From a virus (lineage: Duplodnaviria > Caudoviricetes), in the IMG/VR virus record IMGVR_UViG_3300048597_000042, positions 1 to 61,902 of that record: 61,902 nucleotides of DNA; one strand, written 5' to 3'. Within the stretch, counting starts at the first letter, position 1; each line of letters opens with the position of its first letter. Below are positions 53,604 through 61,902 of this stretch, piece after piece. A program made the translations under genes and the position numbers. The notes beneath the pieces are model-generated. The model was not told the DNA's origin and searched no databases. It worked only from the letters and a program-made list of their open reading frames with translations.

Positions 53604-53951
53604 ATGGAAAGACCTGTGAGACTTAGTGGCAAGACGTACAAGCTGCGTTCGCCATACGTTCAAGGGGCAGTTTACGTCACTATAAACAACGACAGTGACG
53701 GCAAGCCTATAGAGTTGTTTGCTAATACCAAAAATGCAGATAGTGTAGCTTGGCTTAACGCCGTTACGCGGCTAGCAACAATGGCTCTAAAACTAGGTGC
53801 AGACCCTAATCAAGTAGCCGAAGAACTTAGAGCCTCGTTTGACCCGCGCGGTGGTTACATGGGCATGGGCGGTAATATGTCGCTGTCGCTTGTGTCTGAA
53901 CTCGGTATCGTTATGCGACGCCACATTGGAGAAGACAATGAACGACCTTAG
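53604..53951 (+). CDS. standalone TSCPD/NrdJb-like domain protein
   Basis: ERP..LSGKTYKL.SP....VYVTIN...KPIELFAN...AVTRL...EEL..FDPRGGY...SLVSELG. Confidence 0.8.
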   Translation: MERPVRLSGKTYKLRSPYVQGAVYVTINNDSDGKPIELFANTKNADSVAWLNAVTRLATMALKLGADPNQVAEELRASFDPRGGYMGMGGNMSLSLVSELGIVMRRHIGEDNERP

Positions 53952-54492
53952 CAATCCTAGTAATGCTGCTATTATGCAGCGTCTTAACGAAATCGAAGCG
54001 AACCTTACGTCTCAGCTTAAGGAGCTTTGCGGAAGTCCTGTCGAGAACCAAGTTCCTGAATATCTTTCAGCGGTGCTAGGTGAGGGTGGGCTTTACTCGC
54101 CAAGCTATTTGACGCAACTGAACAATCTGGTTAGGGAAAAACATCCTTCTGGTTTTCTTATCCCAGCGCATTCCCATCACATAAACAACTCGCCTATCAC
54201 TCTGATCGGCGGTATTTACTGGTGGAAGATTTTTGAAGACCGCGATGATATTTCGCTCGATGCTATCGTGGCGTTCAAGGAACTCAAGACCGATACGTGG
54301 GGTACAGCCCAACAGTACTACGCTTCCAACACATTCTTGATTCCTGTCGGCGGTACTGCTCCAGCTCCTTTCGCGCTGTACACTGCTATTTGTCCCGGCC
54401 AGTACGCGCCGAATACAGAGCCGCCAGTCCAGACTGATGCCGAACTCGAAGCCCAAATCCGTAGGCTGTACGAACGGCACGGGTACCTGTGA
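53938..54492 (+). CDS. hypothetical protein
   Basis: 184 aa from ATG 53938 with GGAG RBS. Confidence 0.75.
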   Translation: MNDLSNPSNAAIMQRLNEIEANLTSQLKELCGSPVENQVPEYLSAVLGEGGLYSPSYLTQLNNLVREKHPSGFLIPAHSHHINNSPITLIGGIYWWKIFEDRDDISLDAIVAFKELKTDTWGTAQQYYASNTFLIPVGGTAPAPFALYTAICPGQYAPNTEPPVQTDAELEAQIRRLYERHGYL

Positions 54493-54505
54493 TCTAGTAG
54501 CTAAT

Positions 54506-54531
54506 GTACGGGGCGGAATTCCGCCCCGTAC
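54506..54531. repeat. perfect 26-bp palindrome
   Basis: GTACGGGGCGGAATTCCGCCCCGTAC, intergenic, no U-tract. Confidence 0.9.
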
Positions 54532-54563
54532 TACACTGACACTCACTTAATAAGGAATCAGAA

Positions 54564-54719
54564 ATGTCAAACAGCGTTAACAGCAGTGGTGGTATCGGGG
54601 TACTGGGTTTACTTGGCGTCGTGTTTGTAGTTTTGAAGTTGACAGGTGTCATCGACTGGTCATGGTGGGTGACGCTTCCGTTTTGGGTGGGTTTGCTGTG
54701 TTCATTATTCTATTTCTAG
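54564..54719 (+). CDS. 51-aa phage membrane protein
   Basis: TAAGGA RBS; GGIGVLGLLGVVFVVLKLTGVIDWSWW motif. Confidence 0.8.
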   Translation: MSNSVNSSGGIGVLGLLGVVFVVLKLTGVIDWSWWVTLPFWVGLLCSLFYF

Positions 54720-54796
54720 TCTTCTATTGCATAGTTGTGTTTACTGCTAGCGGGCCGAACCGATGGAAGCTGTAAGCAAACTGGTTGGAGGGTTAA

Positions 54797-55087
54797 ATGC
54801 CACGACGAAAAGCGCCGGTAACTTTACCGGCACGGATAGCTAACTACCTACGTGTCATAAAGCATCGAATCACTAAAGGCGAAATACTACTGCCTATTAT
54901 TTTGTATATAGATAGTAACGGAACAAAGGTATCCACAATGAACTACAACGGCTGGAAGCCGTTAGTGCAAGTAAGAAGCACTGAAGATATAGACTTTGAA
55001 GTACTAGCGTATGACGTGGCTGTTATACGGAACGAAAGTATCCCATCGGCTAGGGAGGCCGTACCCAGTGCAGTGTTTAGTGGTTGA
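54797..55087 (+). CDS. hypothetical protein
   Basis: GGAGG RBS, 96 aa. Confidence 0.7.
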   Translation: MPRRKAPVTLPARIANYLRVIKHRITKGEILLPIILYIDSNGTKVSTMNYNGWKPLVQVRSTEDIDFEVLAYDVAVIRNESIPSAREAVPSAVFSG

Positions 55088-56921
55088 CTTTGAAACTTAC
55101 TACGATGACAGGTACTCGCTCAAATCGTTAGCTACACAAGAGTACGTTCACTCAGATAAGTTTCACATACATGGCGTTGGCGTAGCTCTGATAGATCTAT
55201 TCAGCAAGTCTGAAATAGAAACATACTACTTCCATAACGCTGATCTTGACGGATTCAAAACCATTCTGCAAACGCTTAAGTCCGAAGGCCGCCTATACGT
55301 TATATGCCATAACGCGATATTTGAGGGGAACATACTAGCTAAGTTAGGGTATGTTCCGGACTTAGTTATAGATACCGCTTCTATGTCCCGCGCTCTATTG
55401 GGCAATACGCAGCGACGGCATAGCCTTGACGCTGTGGCTACTAGACTACTAGGTTACACAAAAACAGACGGGCTTGCTGCGACGAAGGGATTACAGGTAC
55501 TACCGCCAGACATTGCGCATAAGCTGGCAGAATATTGCATGCGTGACGTAGAGCTTACGGCTAAGATAGCTAGAAAGCTAGCTCCGTTTTTTCCGACAAA
55601 AGAGTTTGTAGTGTGCGATATGGTGTCGCGCATGGCTTACGATAACAGCATCCAGCTTGATGCCGAACGTATACAGAATTACTATAGCACTGTAGTAGAG
55701 CGTAAGAAAACCGCGCTTGTACGGGCCGGCATACAAGACGCTAAAGAACTTCGTAGCCGGGGGAAGTTTGCTGAAACGCTACTTAAGTTTGGCGTAGTAC
55801 CGCCGACTAAGATATCCCCTAGGACAGGCAAAGAGACCTACGCTTTTGCTAAGAACGATAAAGAAATAAAAGCATTGCTGGAGCACCCGAATCCTGACAT
55901 CCAAGCTCTAGTAGCTGCCAAGCTAGAAGCGTCTTCCACCATCGAAGAAACAAGAGCCGCGCGGTTTGTGAGACTGGCGCAGTTCAGCCAGCTCGGAGTA
56001 CCCTACCGCTATTCTGGCGCTGTCCAGACCCACAGGATCAGCGGGACCGACAGCCTGAACATGCAGAACCTTCCCCGTGGTGGCGGGCTCAGAGGGGCTA
56101 TCAGGGCTCCTTCCGGGCATTCGCTGGTTGTGTCTGACTTGTCGCAGATCGAGCTTAGGATCACTCTGGCCATGGCTGGGCACGACGACGCATTGGATAT
56201 TTTGCGGAGAGGACAGGACTTGTACTGTTGGTTTGCAAGTAAGATGTACGGGAAAGATATAAACGAGAAGGACCATCCGGATGAGCGACAGGTTGCTAAA
56301 TCAGCGGTCCTCGGCTGTGGTTTCGGTATGGGAGCCGCAAGATTCATGGAGTACGCTAGCTCCATGGGAGTTAAGATTACGCAAAGTGAAGCAGATGCAA
56401 TCGTCGCAAGTTTTCGTACCACATTTGGCAGGATACCTAAGCTCTGGAAGAATCTTGAAAGACTATTCACTCAAGCAAGCACCGGATCGTACGATTCGAT
56501 TCCTGTTACATTCGGCTTTTCAGACGGACCAGACAGAAGTTGTTCTGAATCCTACGGTTTCACGTTACCATGTGGTTTACGAGTGCAGTATCCAGAACTC
56601 CAAACCGGGCAAACCGGTATGCGGTTTACCACCGCAATGGGAACAGAACATTTGTTCGGCGGTAAGATCACAGAAAATTTAGCGCAAGCCCTTGCGCGCA
56701 ACGTTCTGTTTGATAAAGCCTATGAGATAGCACTGATTGCGCGTGAAGCAAAACTAAGTATGACGACGCATGACGAACTTGTATACGTCGTTCCGAACTC
56801 TGTGCTGGAAGAGACGGCACAGGCTATCGACTCTGTTATGAACAAGTCGGTTGAGTGGTGGCCCAGCATACCGCTGGCGTCGAAGACGAAGTATGGACTC
56901 TACTACGGAGATATAAAATGA
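55011..56921 (+). CDS. family A DNA polymerase with 3'-5' exonuclease
   Basis: ExoI VDFETY, ExoII HNAIFE, ExoIII YCMRD; motif A DLSQIELR, motif B RQVAKSAVLGCGFG, motif C HDE. Confidence 0.95.
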   Translation: MTWLLYGTKVSHRLGRPYPVQCLVVDFETYYDDRYSLKSLATQEYVHSDKFHIHGVGVALIDLFSKSEIETYYFHNADLDGFKTILQTLKSEGRLYVICHNAIFEGNILAKLGYVPDLVIDTASMSRALLGNTQRRHSLDAVATRLLGYTKTDGLAATKGLQVLPPDIAHKLAEYCMRDVELTAKIARKLAPFFPTKEFVVCDMVSRMAYDNSIQLDAERIQNYYSTVVERKKTALVRAGIQDAKELRSRGKFAETLLKFGVVPPTKISPRTGKETYAFAKNDKEIKALLEHPNPDIQALVAAKLEASSTIEETRAARFVRLAQFSQLGVPYRYSGAVQTHRISGTDSLNMQNLPRGGGLRGAIRAPSGHSLVVSDLSQIELRITLAMAGHDDALDILRRGQDLYCWFASKMYGKDINEKDHPDERQVAKSAVLGCGFGMGAARFMEYASSMGVKITQSEADAIVASFRTTFGRIPKLWKNLERLFTQASTGSYDSIPVTFGFSDGPDRSCSESYGFTLPCGLRVQYPELQTGQTGMRFTTAMGTEHLFGGKITENLAQALARNVLFDKAYEIALIAREAKLSMTTHDELVYVVPNSVLEETAQAIDSVMNKSVEWWPSIPLASKTKYGLYYGDIK

Positions 56922-57283
56922 TTAAAGCCAAGCCTAGACCGAAGAATACCCCCAAGCGTGAGCCCAAGCCAACTGTTTCGGAAGCGTTAAACGCGCTTCG
57001 CGAATCGATACCGGAGTTTGACCCTAACGACTATGCACAGAAGCCGCTTCTAGAACTTAATGTCAAAGTTCAGGCGTTTGATTGTATTGCAGGCACAAGT
57101 CCTAACTCGTACGAAGCGGTTTCGATTCAGACCGAAGGCCGAGTTCTTGCTTTGATTAGGCACACTTTTGGCGATGGGTTATGGCGCTGCGAGAATAGGG
57201 TGTACAACACCAAGGAAGCAGCCACCGAACATGAAATGGGGCGCCTTTTAGCTAAAGCATTTGACGACCATTGCATTGTCTGA
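56918..57283 (+). CDS. hypothetical protein
   Basis: ATG at 56918 with GGAG RBS. Confidence 0.72.
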   Translation: MIKAKPRPKNTPKREPKPTVSEALNALRESIPEFDPNDYAQKPLLELNVKVQAFDCIAGTSPNSYEAVSIQTEGRVLALIRHTFGDGLWRCENRVYNTKEAATEHEMGRLLAKAFDDHCIV

Positions 57284-57284
57284 T

Positions 57285-57962
57285 ATGAAGAAGCCGCTCG
57301 CTTACTCGTACAGTCTGTTCAACGCATTTGAAACCTGCCCGCGTCAGTGCAACGAAGTTCGTGTCTTAAAGAACTTTGTAGAACCGGAGACAGAGTATTC
57401 ACGTTGGGGCAACTATGTACACAAATGCATGGAGGACCGTGTAGGTAAGCGGGCGGCGCTTCCTGAGAACGTGCGGCACCTTGAGAGTTTAGCGGCGTAT
57501 TTAGAATCGTTACCGGGTACTAACTATGTGGAGCTTGCTTTAGGTATCGACGAAGATTTTGCGCCGGTAGACTTTTTTGCAAAGAACGTATGGTTCCGGG
57601 GTAAGGTAGACTTACTTCATAAAGAACCGTGTCAGACTATTGGCACAGCCTACGACTATAAAACAGGTAAGCCAGTTAAAGATTCAGTTCAACTAATGGA
57701 CATGGCTTTGCTCTCATTCATCCACTATCCGGAACTTGAGACTATCAAAGCTGTTTTTGTATTCTTGAAATTCGACGACGTAGCTACGGAAGTGTTTAAA
57801 AGAAGCGACATGCCGCATATGATGGACAGTTTAATGCAAAGAACTAAAGCCTTCAAGAAAGCGTTTGACAGCAATACTTGGTACCCAAGACCCAGCGGAC
57901 TATGCAAGAGGCATTGCGTCGTTACGACTTGCGAGTACAACGGAAGAAGGACACCGCTGTAG
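57285..57962 (+). CDS. PD-(D/E)XK exonuclease (RecB/Cas4-like, Cys cluster)
   Basis: SYS..AFETCP, GNYVH, RGKVD, DYKTGK and LCKRHC...C. Confidence 0.9.
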   Translation: MKKPLAYSYSLFNAFETCPRQCNEVRVLKNFVEPETEYSRWGNYVHKCMEDRVGKRAALPENVRHLESLAAYLESLPGTNYVELALGIDEDFAPVDFFAKNVWFRGKVDLLHKEPCQTIGTAYDYKTGKPVKDSVQLMDMALLSFIHYPELETIKAVFVFLKFDDVATEVFKRSDMPHMMDSLMQRTKAFKKAFDSNTWYPRPSGLCKRHCVVTTCEYNGRRTPL

Positions 57963-57981
57963 CCAAAACAAGGATCAGGTT

Positions 57982-58218
57982 ATGGTATTTAATTTACCGA
58001 AAGCCGAATCATCTACGCATCGCTACGACGTTAACGCAAAGGACTTAGGGATAGCCCGTGAGAAATTAGCGATACGTGGGCACGATGTAAGCAAAGTGCT
58101 GAAGATTGATAGGATTTTGTCAGAGAGCGAACACGCGCCAGACCATCCGGTGACTAGGGTGCTTTGGGAGTCGCCTACGGGCGAGCGATACTTGACCTTT
58201 GTTGATACAGGAGAGTAA
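57982..58218 (+). CDS. hypothetical protein
   Basis: AAGGA RBS. Confidence 0.65.
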   Translation: MVFNLPKAESSTHRYDVNAKDLGIAREKLAIRGHDVSKVLKIDRILSESEHAPDHPVTRVLWESPTGERYLTFVDTGE

Positions 58219-58219
58219 C

Positions 58220-58411
58220 GTGAGTGATGTATGTCCGTGTTGCGGCAAGAAAATCGAACTGCACCAAGTAGCCATAGCGTATTTAGCCCGACATCTTAAC
58301 CCTGTAAACGCTAGGACTAATTGTTGCAACAAGATAGTTCGAGTAGTTCCTAGAATAGTTTTAGACTACTTGGCACAGCCCGATAAAGACACAGATAGTT
58401 GGGGACAGTGA
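58220..58411 (+). CDS. small Zn-ribbon-like protein
   Basis: CPCC...CC; AGGAG RBS, GTG start. Confidence 0.65.
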   Translation: MSDVCPCCGKKIELHQVAIAYLARHLNPVNARTNCCNKIVRVVPRIVLDYLAQPDKDTDSWGQ

Positions 58412-58668
58412 TGGCTAGTTGGAAGCAGCTTGTGCTATCTAGGATGGCAGCGGAAAGTGAATGCTTAAGCGACATAGTATCTAGCACTCTCAGTGAGGAA
58501 GAGTTTAATTTAGATTTTAATGACGGCCCCGGATTGCCGTACGGCACACCGTTCACGATATGGACTACAAACAGAGTGTACTTTCCTGTTACGCACGCTG
58601 GTCTAGAATGGGTCGAAAGTGTTGCCCGCAATCCTGACGGGAAACCGACAGAACATAAAGGGTACTGA
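58411..58668 (+). CDS. conserved-type phage hypothetical protein
   Basis: YGTPFTIWTTNRVYFP...EWVESVARNP. Confidence 0.8.
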   Translation: MASWKQLVLSRMAAESECLSDIVSSTLSEEEFNLDFNDGPGLPYGTPFTIWTTNRVYFPVTHAGLEWVESVARNPDGKPTEHKGY

Positions 58669-58670
58669 TC

Positions 58671-58979
58671 GTGAGTGAGAAAGACGTTAAAGATAAAATA
58701 AAAAAGCTGTTAGATTCGTTTGCGCCTGACGTTTGGTATTTCATGCCGTATATGTCGGGCATGGGTAGAGCCGGGATTCCAGACATAATCATATGCTGCC
58801 GTGGTTTGTTCATTGCAGTTGAAGTTAAAGCAGACCCTAAGAAGAAAACAACAGTGCTCCAAGACCGGGAGCTTGCCGCCATCCGCGCTGCTGATGGCGA
58901 AGCCAGCGTGGTCCATTCAGAGAGCATTCAGGAACTGTCCGCTATGCTCCATGCGATTCTAGCGAAGGAGTACCCATGA
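58671..58979 (+). CDS. VRR-NUC nuclease (possible resolvase)
   Basis: EKDVKDKI...GIPDII...FIAVEVKA...LQ. Confidence 0.9.
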   Translation: MSEKDVKDKIKKLLDSFAPDVWYFMPYMSGMGRAGIPDIIICCRGLFIAVEVKADPKKKTTVLQDRELAAIRAADGEASVVHSESIQELSAMLHAILAKEYP

Positions 58980-59170
58980 AATTCAGATTCTATATAATAG
59001 ACCTGCCTGAAGGCTACGTTAAAGGAACTAACTCTATGAGAATCGCAGAAGAATATAGCGCTATTGAAGACTATTTCGTAGTAGACGCTGAGTTAGGTCA
59101 GTGGCTGACAGTTTCTGGAGATTACTGCGATGTAATAGAAGCCTTTGGTTTTTCTGCTGAGGGACGCTAA
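58976..59170 (+). CDS. hypothetical protein
   Basis: AAGGAG RBS, ATGA-coupled. Confidence 0.75.
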   Translation: MKFRFYIIDLPEGYVKGTNSMRIAEEYSAIEDYFVVDAELGQWLTVSGDYCDVIEAFGFSAEGR

Positions 59171-59172
59171 TC

Positions 59173-59565
59173 ATGACAAACGAAGTTTCTACCGACGAAT
59201 TGATTAGTGCTTTCATTGATCTTCGCGGCATTCGATCCGATCTTAAGAAGAAGTTTGAGGCTGACGATGCGGTGTACCGCGCTCAGATGGAAACTATAGA
59301 GACCGAACTACATCGCCGCTTGTTAGCTGAGAACATTAAGAGTTTCGGCGGTACTCGTGGTACTACTTACCTTGAGCTTAAAACTCGGGCTAAGGCCGAA
59401 GACTGGGGCCTCGCTCACCAGTTCATGGCCGAGCATGGCAGACTGGACATGCTGCAACGTAGGTTAAGCGACGCTGCTATAAAACAGTTTATTGAAGACA
59501 CCGGTATGACACCGCCGGGTATTTCGGTGTTCCAAGAGTACGAAGTCGTAGTGAGGGTCAAATGA
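59173..59565 (+). CDS. coiled-coil replication/recombination accessory protein
   Basis: Coiled coil followed by GTTY...DW...LQRRLS...PPGI. Confidence 0.7.
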   Translation: MTNEVSTDELISAFIDLRGIRSDLKKKFEADDAVYRAQMETIETELHRRLLAENIKSFGGTRGTTYLELKTRAKAEDWGLAHQFMAEHGRLDMLQRRLSDAAIKQFIEDTGMTPPGISVFQEYEVVVRVK

Positions 59566-59744
59566 CATACAGCAACAAGGTTGTGCGAAGCAAGAGTATT
59601 ACAAACGGATTTATTGTTGAAATATGCGGCGATGTGGTGGACGAGAAGGGTGTTGTCCACTATGTTACTAACGAAGTATTCTGCAAAGATATCGAGCAAG
59701 TATGTAGTGTTACTACGCAGTTTCTTGATGGAGAAAACCGATGA
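59562..59744 (+). CDS. hypothetical protein
   Basis: ATGA-coupled on both sides. Confidence 0.6.
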   Translation: MTYSNKVVRSKSITNGFIVEICGDVVDEKGVVHYVTNEVFCKDIEQVCSVTTQFLDGENR

Positions 59745-60724
59745 GCGATATGACTTTGTTTGATCCGGGTAACGCAATCGCGCTGCCTGACTACCTGAAT
59801 TTTGATGTTAAGCCTATTGCTCGTGAGCTTGTTCCGGCTCAGGGTGCAGACTACATAAGTCTGAAAGGTAGCAGGTTTCGTTGTGTTGTTGGGGGTCAAG
59901 AACTTGATCCGTTCGATACGACGTATCTCGATGTCGTTATTATAGGGACTGCGCCTTCGATTAGTCGAGTCTACTACGCTAGTAAGTACGATCCTAACGC
60001 CGATGCTGTTGCCCCAACCTGTTACAGCTCCGATGGTAAGAAGCCAGCCGACAACGTAGTCAACAAGCAAGCGACTCAGTGCGACCTGTGTCCGCAGAAT
60101 GTCAAAGGCTCTTCTCTTAATGGAGACGGAGTAGGTAAGGCTTGCGGCTACTTCCACCGGTTGGCTGTCATGCTTGTTGGCGACCCTGAAGGTCGCATAT
60201 GGCGTATGGACGTTAAGTCCATGGGGCTGTACGGAGCTTCGTATGCACAGGCTAGGAAGTTCAACCTGAACGACTACGCTCGTGCTGTGTCTCGCACCCA
60301 GTTCGAGTTTCAGCAACTGGTAACTCGACTTTCGTTTGACTCAAACGAGTCTGTACCTAAGCTGTTGTTTGAAGCTCGTAGCGTAATCGGGCCGGATACT
60401 GCGGAGCTTGTCAAGCGTACTTTGACAAACTACACTGTAGTCGAGGATGCATACAAAGTCGAGTACGGATCAGGCAAAGCGGCGGCTCTCCCTGCGCCCG
60501 CTGCGGTGCCCAGTGCCCCGGCCAAAGTTGTAGTAATGCAAACTCCAGCCCCGGTTGCGGCCCCGGTTGCGGCCCCGGTACCGGTCCAGACGCCGCTTCC
60601 GCTTGCAGTGCCCGCACAGCCTGCTACTATACCAGTCCAGCCTTCCTCCGGGCCGGCTGCTGGCACGACTGCAAACATCCAAGCTATACTCAGTAAACTC
60701 CATAGCGCTAAGCAATCTGGTTAA
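59741..60724 (+). CDS. putative ssDNA-binding/annealing protein with Cys motif
   Basis: ISLKGSRF, PTCYSSDG.P, CDLCPQN, GKAC..RLAV; Pro/Ala-rich tail. Confidence 0.65.
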   Translation: MSDMTLFDPGNAIALPDYLNFDVKPIARELVPAQGADYISLKGSRFRCVVGGQELDPFDTTYLDVVIIGTAPSISRVYYASKYDPNADAVAPTCYSSDGKKPADNVVNKQATQCDLCPQNVKGSSLNGDGVGKACGYFHRLAVMLVGDPEGRIWRMDVKSMGLYGASYAQARKFNLNDYARAVSRTQFEFQQLVTRLSFDSNESVPKLLFEARSVIGPDTAELVKRTLTNYTVVEDAYKVEYGSGKAAALPAPAAVPSAPAKVVVMQTPAPVAAPVAAPVPVQTPLPLAVPAQPATIPVQPSSGPAAGTTANIQAILSKLHSAKQSG

Positions 60725-60729
60725 GTACA

Positions 60730-60790
60730 GTTCGGCGTACCCTCCCGCGTCGTTTGCCCCCCGACGTGCCGAACATGGGGGCTTTTCTTT
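60730..60790 (+). terminator. structured element: terminator and/or pseudoknot
   Basis: GCCCCC/GGGGGC followed by TTTTCTTT, interleaved with a GTTCGGC/GCCGAAC stem. Confidence 0.55.
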
Positions 60791-60808
60791 GCGACAGGGA
60801 CGCAAAGC

Positions 60809-61902
60809 ATGGACTTTTTTGAATCTGTATTGCCCACGAAGGGCTTGTATTGCCTTGCAAGTGCTACATACAATAGGCTACTTAAGAACCTGTCTAATGT
60901 AAAGCACTATAAGTTCAACACGCTCCAAGAACTTGTAGAAGGCGCTAACGAACTTATACGTACAAACGACGGCTTAGAGCTGTACGTATCACCTAGCTCA
61001 TACGCTACGTGTAAGACTCCCAACAAAGGGTTTCGCGCGTCGAAGAACTGTGCGTGGGTGAAAAGTCTGTTTATCGACGTAGACATTAGGTCGCTTCCTC
61101 AGTATTGCCAGTCAGTAGAAGAAGCTCTAGAAGAGCTTAATAAACTGTGCGCTAGTACTAACTGGCCTAGCCCTTGGGTAATCAACTCGGGTGGGGGTCT
61201 GCACTTATATTGGCCTCTTACAGAAGATACTGAGCCAGAAGCATGGCACAGTATGGCTACAAAATTTCTAGACGTTGTAGCTACGTACGCTCCAAAACTG
61301 GTTGCGGATTCTGCTCGGACCAAAGACCGCGCCGCTCTATTGCGTTTGCCTGCTTCGTTCAACCACAAGCGGCTTCCCCCTACCCAAGTCCAGATAGTAT
61401 CAGAAGCTACTGGCACCCTCGATCCTTCGATACTCGACTCCGATCTTGCAAGGCGGCTAGAAGTAGACCGCGAGATACCATGCGGAGAAGTCAAGGATAA
61501 AGATAAAATCCACATTGACGATGTAGTTACTTCGTGCAATTGGATGCGCCAGTACGTAGAAAACCAAGAGAACGCATCAGAGCCGGAGTGGTACGCGGCT
61601 ATGTCTCTTGCGCGGTTTATATACATCGACCACCCGTCAGAGAAAGCTAACACTGCGGGCGTTGCTCTGTCACTTGGGCATCCGGGCTATTCACCGTCTG
61701 GAGTTGAGAAGAAGATAGCTCAACTAGAAAAGCAAGCTATAGGGCCTGCTACATGCCATCGGCTTAGCGGTATGTTCCCTGAGCGCTGTAGAGGCTGTCC
61801 TTTACGAGGCATGGTCAACAGTCCGATAGCCGGAGCTAGAAAGGTTTCCAAATCGGACCCTTTAGATATAAATGCCCTGTTTGCTTCAAACTCAGGGTAT
61901 TA
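60809..61902 (+). CDS. N-terminal part of primase-helicase (AEP/RepB-like primase and Cys-rich domain); continues to 1916
   Basis: Open frame translated by hand: LFIDVD, INSGGGLHLYW, LRLPASFNHK, SEPEWY and CHR..C..CP; missed by the ORF track because no stop occurs before the window end. Confidence 0.9.
   Translation, partial: MDFFESVLPTKGLYCLASATYNRLLKNLSNVKHYKFNTLQELVEGANELIRTNDGLELYVSPSSYATCKTPNKGFRASKNCAWVKSLFIDVDIRSLPQYCQSVEEALEELNKLCASTNWPSPWVINSGGGLHLYWPLTEDTEPEAWHSMATKFLDVVATYAPKLVADSARTKDRAALLRLPASFNHKRLPPTQVQIVSEATGTLDPSILDSDLARRLEVDREIPCGEVKDKDKIHIDDVVTSCNWMRQYVENQENASEPEWYAAMSLARFIYIDHPSEKANTAGVALSLGHPGYSPSGVEKKIAQLEKQAIGPATCHRLSGMFPERCRGCPLRGMVNSPIAGARKVSKSDPLDINALFASNSGY
61776..61902. 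repeat. 127-bp direct end overlap (right copy)
   Basis: Identical to 1-127. Confidence 0.97.

Noticed and set aside
57285-57962. CRISPR-associated Cas4
   Set aside because: It is a solo PD-(D/E)XK nuclease in a replication module with no CRISPR context.

Overview
The window is a complete, circularly closed genome of a tailed dsDNA phage with podovirus-like gene content. It is about 61,775 bp plus a 127-bp end overlap (1-127 = 61776-61902), and no integrase or repressor is recognisable. The minus strand (about 3.95-36.9 kb) carries the late arm: terS, terL, a lysis cassette (holin candidate, GH24 lysozyme, two-component spanin), portal, several fibre/appendage proteins with an embedded GT2 glycosyltransferase, scaffold, major capsid protein, adaptor/nozzle, and ejection proteins (an SLT transglycosylase and a 2106-aa polyvalent protein). 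A control region at 36.9-39.0 kb has IHF-like boxes, CATTAC/GTAATG repeats and one isolated gene. The plus strand (39.0 kb through the junction to 3.9 kb) carries the early and replication arm: MoxR-type AAA+ and VWA genes, tRNA-Ile2(CAT), tRNA-Leu(TAA), SNF2 helicase, family A DNA polymerase, PD-(D/E)XK and VRR-NUC nucleases, an SSB-like protein, a 960-aa primase-helicase split by the window ends, and ATP-dependent DNA ligase. The most unusual element is a tandem array of about 20 translationally coupled, Ser/Arg-rich 70-90 aa ORFs (39.6-44.5 kb). At least half are clear paralogues with conserved termini and junction DNA but highly diverged interiors, two units are broken, and more candidates flank the tRNAs. 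This operon and the downstream AAA/VWA operon are both preceded by the same GTTCAG-N5-GTTCAG (PhoP-box-like) promoter architecture. Other candidates are an antisense sRNA in the late arm, a pseudoknot before the primase, a leaderless terS and an apparently excised ART domain. All family assignments come from motif recognition, not database searches.
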